Part shown: one piece after another, positions 15,001-24,000 of the stretch | How the letters are laid out: the number at the start of each line of letters is the position of its first letter | How positions within the stretch are numbered: position 1 is the stretch's first letter | Translations under genes and position numbers: made by a program | Notes under the pieces: generated by a model | Told to the model about the DNA's origin: nothing | The model's database searches: none | The model's input: the letters and a program-made list of their open reading frames with translations, nothing else | Origin: an uncultured Gammaproteobacteria bacterium | GTDB taxonomy: Bacteria; Patescibacteriota; Microgenomatia; UBA10105; UBA927 | DNA: 64,000 bases | Direction: 5' to 3' | Assembly: GCA_964356315.1 (NCBI GenBank) | Contig: CAYHHA010000003.1 | Location: 12,010-76,009 of the forward strand

Positions 15001-18000
15001 ATAGGTTTCCCAAAATGACCTATATTCATCAGGAAGTTCATTTAATACTATTGCTAGCTTTTCTGGATCGTTAAGCTCATGTTTGAAGCCCCAGACAACG
15101 CTTATGTTACCGGCATTTGTTTCGTGCTTTATGATGGACGCAACCATTCCAATATATGGATCTGTACGAGAATTCTTTTGTGCAGTTCGCTCCTGGAAAT
15201 ACACTAGTCCTTCTTTTCCACCAAAAAAAGATCGTAAACTACGATAGTCACGATAATACCGTAAAAATTCATTCTCAGGTGTTCTAGGAGTAGCAAATAT
15301 CTCATCCTGTATAAATTCAGCTTCGTGACCAAGGAAATCCAATCCATCTGATTTTGCATAGGATAATAGATATGCTCGCTTTTTGGCCTTCATTTCCTCG
15401 CCGCCACTCACCAAGCCTAACTTCTCTCCGACCAGAATCAGATCCAACCGAATGCGATCTACGTTTTTCACTGGGATTCCATTAAGCATTCCAGCGCCTG
15501 TTACCAACCGATACAAATCATCGGCTAACCAAGCAGACTCATTCAAATCTCCTTTTTTGAACTCTGTGTACAATATTTTCTCTGCAAGCTGTATCTCGAT
15601 ATCATCCCGCGCTATCAAGTCCCTAATTAGGATCCAAATGCTATCTGTTAGAGACTCTAGTTTATACAATTCCTCTGCATATCTCATCAGCTTCACTGCA
15701 CGATCTCTATGGAGGAAAGCCCGTATAAAGCTAGGTGGAGTATCTATTGCTAAAAATATTTTATCCAGGTACGATTGAGGCTCGTTTGGAAAAATAGACC
15801 GCATGAGACCGATGAATTCCTCAGTGTTCGTGTCGAACTTCAAAACAGATCCATTTGGCGGATCCGTTTTCATCTGCCCTAGCACTGTATAGAATAACCT
15901 CGTCTGTTCGTCAGTAAATGTATTCAGAGTTGCGACAACCTGTTCCCTAGGTATATTTGGGTACGCGAGTAATCGATCTCGCATCAATTCCACCCTATAT
16001 GATGTTGCATTTTGTGCTATCTCTTTATTTGCAAGAAGCGTCGAGAGTGTTTTCGGTATAGAGAGTACGTTCGTAGTATGAATCAGGAATTCACTAACCA
16101 GATCGAAACCTTGAAGTAACGCATCACCTGATGGGATAGGATCGTCAAAATATACAAGCGTTTCAAGAATTTTTTTTCGTACCTCAGGAAGTATCTTATA
16201 TTGTTCGAATTTTTTATCTAATTCAACCGAAATTCTTGCTAACTCTGGAATATCTGATAATTTTAGTTTTAATTTTTTTTCACCTGTGTCTTCAATCAAT
16301 ACATTGAGCGAAATATGATTTCGAAGGGCAAACAAACTAGTAAGCATACCAACAGGATCTTCAGACTGTGGAGAATACCGAAGTGCTATAGAAAATTGTT
16401 CAGGGTCACTATGCTCAAAAAGACTCAATCCGTCTAAATACTCACTTTTATCCGTTGCCTGAATATATCCAGCTATCAAATTCTCCGCTTGCCCCTGCCT
16501 ACTCATAGATCCAAGTGTATCTACAAATATCTTATTTGACTGCAATGTGCCCTTCGCATACAGCTCTAGAGCGTGAATTTCTTCATCGGATAACTCCATA
16601 AACTTTTGGTAAGAATCAGGAGATACGATAGTTTCAAAGTAGTACTTCAAACCAAGAACCAAGCGTTTGTCGCTGAATTTTTTCACCTGCATCGCAAACA
16701 GCTCTAATTCATGATTCGGATCTTCAGAATTAAGAGCACGCAGAAGCATATTAATCTCAGCATTCCCAAAGACTTCCCAGTTGGTAAACCCGGCCTGAGA
16801 CAATGAAAACATCACTGTTTCAAACATCTCCGGACGTATAGACTGAGCCTTATGGATTGCATCTTCGGGACGATCTGAAAGCAGTATTGCCGCAAGCAAT
16901 TGTTCAGAGTACCACACCCGTACTGAACCAATACTCTTTATATGAAATTGTTGGAATGTCGGGGCGAGCTCTGCAAAATGCTCATGTATATATTCGATAG
17001 TTTTTTTCTGTATGCGGTCAGTTTGCGTATATAGAATTGGCAAAACTCTAGCCGTCCAGTCCATTCTATTGGAATACAATGAACTACCACGCAGAGGATC
17101 CAGCACATTATTTTTTATTTTCACCCGACGTATATCCCTATTCAGCAATGCAATTTCTGGTACCAGATGTTGAACATACAGAAGTCGTTCATATAATCCT
17201 GAATCATTTTTTATGTATCTATCCGAATCTGATATCAATCTATGAACAAATGCTAGTGGTACACCACTCTGGGTCAATCTCGTATGTACATCCATATATG
17301 CATCGAGAAACGTACCAATAGGAATATCTTTCCGATAGTCAAACATATAGCCTATATATGAGGCTAATGCGATTGTTTCGGTTGAAAGTAATCTAATAAA
17401 ACGGGGGTTTTTTTGCATATATACTATCAATTCCTGAAGCTTCTCTGGGCTTATATATTTTTGATAGTAAACCGAATCTATAAAATAACTCTGATTTTTA
17501 TAAAAGAAATTTGAAAATGCTTGTCTTAAATCCACATCCATCTTCTTGGGAAATAAACCTTGAATTGTTAAAATTTTTTGTAGGTAATTTTTCCCGTTTT
17601 CAGTAGGATTTCGAATTAATTCGGTTATATACTTTTTTCCATCTTCATCACCAAGAACCAAACTCCATGCGGGATGAATCAATGGAACTGAAAGTTCATC
17701 AGAAAGTGCAGTCAACGCATCTCGCTGTTCAAATGGCAAAGAGGATATATATTCATTTGTAGCTCTATAGGCATACGGAATTTCGATATTTTGTTGCCAT
17801 ATATTTTTACCTATTTTCAGTTTTTTTGCTTGTTGGGATATAACTACCCACTCTTGTGCTTCTCTAATTGGCATTCGCCAAGATCGAGCAACATCACTAC
17901 TCGGATCTACCCCTCTAGCATTGTGATACGCGGTAACAATTCGATTAACCAAAGTCCAAAACGCACTACATGGATTCCCGTCCAAAGCGTACACGGTTGG

Positions 18001-21000
18001 GAATATACCCATACCTGTTTTTGGAGTGCATGTTTTCGCTTTCTCCTCTACTCCTGCAACTGCTATTGAAATTTCTTCTGAGAGAGGCTTTGCTGCCGCT
18101 TCAAGAGGACCAACTACTTGGTCCTCTGAGGCTTGTTGTAATTCATTTGAAGTTTGGTCCATCGTGGTTGGTTTGCTTGATGAGGAGTCCTTCCCAGAGG
18201 GGGAATTTAAATCAGGTTTGGGTTGCGTACTTTTTGTTTGTCTCAGTAGTCTCGCTACACTATCAAGAATTACTTTTATTGGACGTCTGCCTCCTTGGGT
18301 TCTGATTATTGCCGCAGCGGATTTACTCTGTCCTTCAATCATTGATGCAAATTTATCCATAACCCCAAATGCGATTCGTTCGTCCACTGACCGAACTATG
18401 TTCAATGTTCCAACTTTCGTAACCATGTGTATGATTCGATTAATCCATACTGTTTGTTTCCGAATATCGGATAATTCCTGTGCTGTAAGTTGTGGAACAT
18501 ATGCTTCTAATTTTGAGATAGCAAATATAGTCTTCCCTACTACATCAGGTGGAGCTGTTGTTACGCGCTGAACTGATTCCACAAGTAATTTTGCATTTCT
18601 TCCAAATTCTCCTTGAACAAGCGGAATATCTTTCGGTGCATCTGTCCAGCCTAATTCAGACAGTGCACGAAACACCATTTCCTGACTTCCAACTATCAAC
18701 CCGCTTAATAGATTACGAATCGCTGGCATTTGAGACTTCTCTACTCGTTCATTTAGTCCAGCGTCAAGAATAGAAACGATCAGATCTTCACCTTGTGTTT
18801 CTACAAATATATTTCCTGGTTGCAAATCAGCATGTACATTGCCCGTATCAAGAATTTCTGAGAGAAATTCTTTCACGATAGCGGAATTAACCAATCGTAT
18901 TACTTGAAGCATTGACTGTTTTTGCTCCCCCTCAGACATGTGAGAGAACTCTTCTAAAATGCTGTCAAATCCCCGACCTAGAGCTATTTCTTCTAAAATT
19001 ACCACATTCGAAGCAAATAATATTTGTGGTACGTGAAGCGCTACGTGTGGGATTGAACCTCGAGCACTAATATCTGCCGATAGTGCCTCTCGAAATGCTC
19101 TTTCATTTTCAAACACTAATTCTTCTTCAATTGCAGATCGAATCTGACGAGCAAATCCTGCAGGCAATTGAGATGCAACATTTCGTTGAGATAAAAACCC
19201 AACAACCTCACCCAAAAGGTTTATATCATGATCGAGCGCTCCCGACTTTTGAGCTGACGGTCGTTTAAACTTCCCTATCACGTCTTTAGTCTGAGTAATA
19301 CCAAAACTATCTTCATATTCAATGGTAAGAATGATTGCTTGTTTATTTGACGCTGCCCCTACTAACGGTCCAAATTTCACAATCCGTACCGGACTATGTG
19401 GATCTAACAATCCAGAACTTTGCGCTAAAATCATAATAGCCCGCTTCGTTAACCGATCGGCTTGACTTTGAGCAGATCTCAACTCTACACGATACTCTTC
19501 AGGGACCCAAAGGGCTTCAGACAAACTTTGTGCAACTTTTTTACCAGCGACACCTAGTTGAGAAAGAAAAATGGATAGCGCCTTTGGCGTCGTCATATCT
19601 TTTCCTTCAGACTTCAACGCAATTGATGATTCGATAAGTTTTTCCACAATCTGCGTTGATCGCGCAGGATCAGCTTTTTCCAGCAAAAAGACGAAGAGAT
19701 CGCGAAAAAGCCCAGAATTCTCACCCTCTTTTATGAATGCTTTTGAAAGCTCTGTAAGAAACGCTTTTCGCTCTGTTTGCGCTTTTTCCAGGACGCCTTT
19801 ATCTCCTGATTGCTCGGCAACACGCAGATCCAAGATGCCCTCAGCGCCTAAGAGCAACCGATTTAGGAATATTGTTCGTTCATCTGGCGTAATTCCAGCA
19901 AACACTTCTATAAGTCTATTTGCAGATCCATCTGAAACTGACTCTATGAATTTCACTTTCCCAGGTTTTTCAGTCGTTAATTGCATGAGCCACAAGGCCA
20001 AGTCAGATCGTTCCTTTCTCAATCCCGCTGCAAGTTGCGTCATAACAAACACACTGGGGTTTGCCTTCATATTCCCATCAGAATCCTGAGCTTGACCTTC
20101 TTCAGTCACACGCATTGAAACGAGACGCTCCAACTGCTCAGGCGTCACTGAAGTGTTATTTTCGATTTGCTCAAAATAATAATTTCTTGCAACTGATGGC
20201 TCTGATAAATACGTCACTACCGCTCGTACCGCTGAGTCAAAATCCTGATAGAAATTTGGCGTTGTTTCAATCAAGAGACGCAACGCAATAATTCCATATG
20301 TTTGTTTAATAGATGAGTTTGGCGACAATATACTGAGAAGTTCAGAAATTCGAGTTAGAGCAACCTTTTTGTCTATTTTTTGATAATCGATTGCCTCTTC
20401 AATAAGAAATTCTACATATGCATCTCGTACAGGAGAAGCAACCGGTGAAAGAGATGTTAGGAGTTTTACCCGATCAGTAAAATTCGTTTGTGGATCAAAT
20501 AGTTCTTTTTCATGGAAAAACAATTGTTCTGCCAAGTATCTTTTAACAAATGGATCACGTTCATCATACCCATGGAAATATTCATCTTTAACACTATCGG
20601 CAAATGTTCTATACCGCATAAACGACATCCGTCGACGAACAAGATCACCCTGAATTTCAGCCATCTTTCCTTTTGCCTTTAGATCACTAGCTAGAGCAAC
20701 CATGTCACCACCGGTTACATCTGGACCATTTAATAATGATAAAAATCGCGCTGAAGCAGGAATGACTATTTGCCCTAATAGTGGTGATGTCGGAATTTCG
20801 TTATATATCACCAAAAGCTTATCACGCATTGAAGATGAGGTGAAATGTTGTTCGATCCAGTCTAGATAGGCAGTTTCATTTGGAAATTCACGAACTGATT
20901 TTCGAACGATATTCCAAAACTCGACAACCCGCGTATTTTCTGGCGTACGGGATCCGGGCGGAACTAGTGAAAGAAGTGTACATACTTCTCCGAGAGATAG

Positions 21001-24000
21001 ATCCCCATACATTGCTTGGTATCTTTCATCATAAAATGGGTGAGAATTTACTGAGGAAAATAATCTTCCCAATTCTTTTAATGTATCTGCTGATGCATAG
21101 TTCACTATGTCTATAAATACTGGCTTCTGTATCTTGACAGTAAATGTATCACTCCAAAAGTCTGGAACAATTCCATTTGATGTGAGAGTGTGAATTACTC
21201 TGATGATCTGCTGCTCTTCCTCCTTAGTAAATGCGTTAATTGTCTTTTCTTGCTCCTTTCTCTTCACGATATCAGGAATTGCTTGTAAAAAAAGGTGATT
21301 AAATATTTCATCTTTACGGACTCTTGCATTAATCTCTTCCCCTCTTTCTCTTTCTTTATACAGTCGAGCAAAAAATTTCAGTAATCGTTCAGTCTCACCA
21401 TCCGTTGAACTTTTTGATTTCTTAGCTAGATCAATAAATTGGCGTATCCGACCCTTTCCTTCCCATGGAGAATGATCATAAAGATAGATAAGATCGTCAG
21501 AGGATAACGATATAGAAAACTTACCCATGGATCGAATAATAGTAAGAATCTCGGAAGACGCAGATCCGTTTGCTCGCATCTGAGAGATATATGTGTTTAG
21601 GATATCTTCTCGTGAAGTCAAAAGAGCTTTAAATTTATCAACACCTGGGATATGTATGTACGGAGTCGGTGAATTTGTAAAAATATCAGTCGCTAATCCC
21701 CATTCTGATTCGGATAGGTTCAATAGTTTTGGATTTTCAAACACCGGGGAGATGTCACCTTCAGACACACCTCTTGAAATCAATTCCCACCCAAACATAG
21801 ACCTAAGTGCTTCTTCGTATTCGTGCACATAGTAATATCTATCAGATTGTTTCACGACAGGGACACCGTCAACCCGCTTCATCCTCTGTGAAGTTGACGG
21901 ATTTATTTTATCTAGAAGCGGATGGGTCATATATCCACGTGCTTGAGGAATTTCGAGTGCTTCCCTCGTTAAATCTCCATTTACAATAGTTCTCAGAGAT
22001 TCCATATATGATTTACCTTGTTCATGAGGGGAATTTCGCATAGGCAGTATTGGTGCTACTACGGATAATTTTTTATAGAGTGATGGGATTCTTTCCCTAG
22101 GATAGGCACGCAAAAATGCAAACCACTTTACCTCCCCTTCAGGGGATTGCATTATCCATCCTGCAAACGCTCGAGCCTCCTCAAGAGAAACGCCAGCTTC
22201 ATTCTGAATGAGGACGCTAAGAACCTGTTGAGCATCGGTATTCTCTGGAATTTGCTCAAGCAACCCAAACACTAGATTTGTAGCCGACGTACTCTTTAGC
22301 TCATGTATCGATTGTGGTTCTGAAATATCTTTTGTAATCGTACGTTCTGCAGGTAATCGCACCCCATTGTTGATTGCTATTTTTCGAGCTTGGTCATTTA
22401 AATACGAATTAACATGTTGTGAATTCTCTGGAAATGCTGTTTCAAGAATTGCTAAAGGTGGATCAACTTCATAATTGCCCACTTGTGTGTAATCTAGAAC
22501 AGACTGAAAAAATGATTGATTTTTTGTAGAGAAATTTGTGTTTGCTTTATTCTTTGAGATTAATTCGCTAATCGCCACGTCCAGTATTCTATTTAGTTCA
22601 GCTATATGTGCAGATATTTGCTGGACTTCGGCATCATTCACTCGCCCACTTGGTAATTGAGAACGATATACCGAGTCAACCATCAAACTACGTGTAATTA
22701 CATCATAGTAATTCATAGTCTTTGAATCATAAATTATACTGAGTATCTGACTTCGCATATGCTCTTTTATATTTGTAAATTTTGGAAAATCCACGATTGA
22801 ATCATCCAGAACCTGCAATCCAGATCGTAAACTTTGAAGAGCTATTAGTCTTCGAATCGTTGGTTGTAATTCATCATTAATTTTTTCTGCTATGCCCTTT
22901 GAAGCCTCGACTCTCTGTGCATGACGTTCAGCTTGGTAGTACAGCCAAAAATCAGTTATTGTTTCTGCCTTTCGCATTTTTTCCAATGCTTCACTAGATG
23001 ATAAGGTCGCCATATCATCGATGACATACACTTTCGACTCGGCATCAAACAATGCTAACAACCGTGGTGATAATTTCTGGGAGGTGTAAGTAGCAATCGG
23101 ATGCAGATCATCCGTTGCGGTCAATTCTAGATGCGAAATGCGATCTATAATTTCTCCATGACTCGAGCCCCTGTCAGTTGTTAATCCCATCGCCGTGTAT
23201 GCATCAATCATCGCCTGATAGTTATATTTACCGATGTTTGCCAAGAGCATCATTCCTTCTCGGTCTGCACGGAATTCTTCACTCGTGATGCTCGTCTTTT
23301 TGTTTGCAACATTAGCTAACCAATCTCCTGATTCACCCAACCGATCTTTCGTATCTTTGTGCATAATTTCGTGTGCAAATATAGCTGCGACATGGTCTTC
23401 TGTAAGCACCCTACCTTTTTTAGCGAGTTCACTTTTAATTTGCCTAATTAATCCTGTAGTCATAACAATTATTTTTTCTGTTTCATTTGCAATATGAAAC
23501 GCGTTTTGAGTGTCTGAATCCAACGCAATGATCTGATAATCGGAAGGCAGCTGAAGTCGCTTTGCTATCGCATGAAGTAGCTGAGTGAACTCATGGTCAT
23601 CGGGCAACGGTTCTCCCATATTCCATAACACTTGTTTCAAATCATCAGCTATTTGGAATCTATCGAGCCCACTAGCTTGAGTCAAACTAGATACATTTGA
23701 ATTAACGCTGAGAGCGTTTGGAGCAGTCTTTATATTTTTCAGAACAAGGCTTGACTCATTCTCGCTCTGAGGAATAGTACCGCTGTACATCGAACTCTCC
23801 AACTCTATGGCTTTTATAACTTCTTGAAGCAAAGATGCGGGAGGTGTTCGTGCTAAAATCGATGCCACATCATCATACTCTTTAACAATTGAGAACACCT
23901 CATCTCCACTGAGTGCATCAATGCGTTTTACGGATAGAATATCTTGTAAATACGGTAGTATTGCATCGAATAGTTGAATTGCCTGCGCTTGTAGTTTTGG

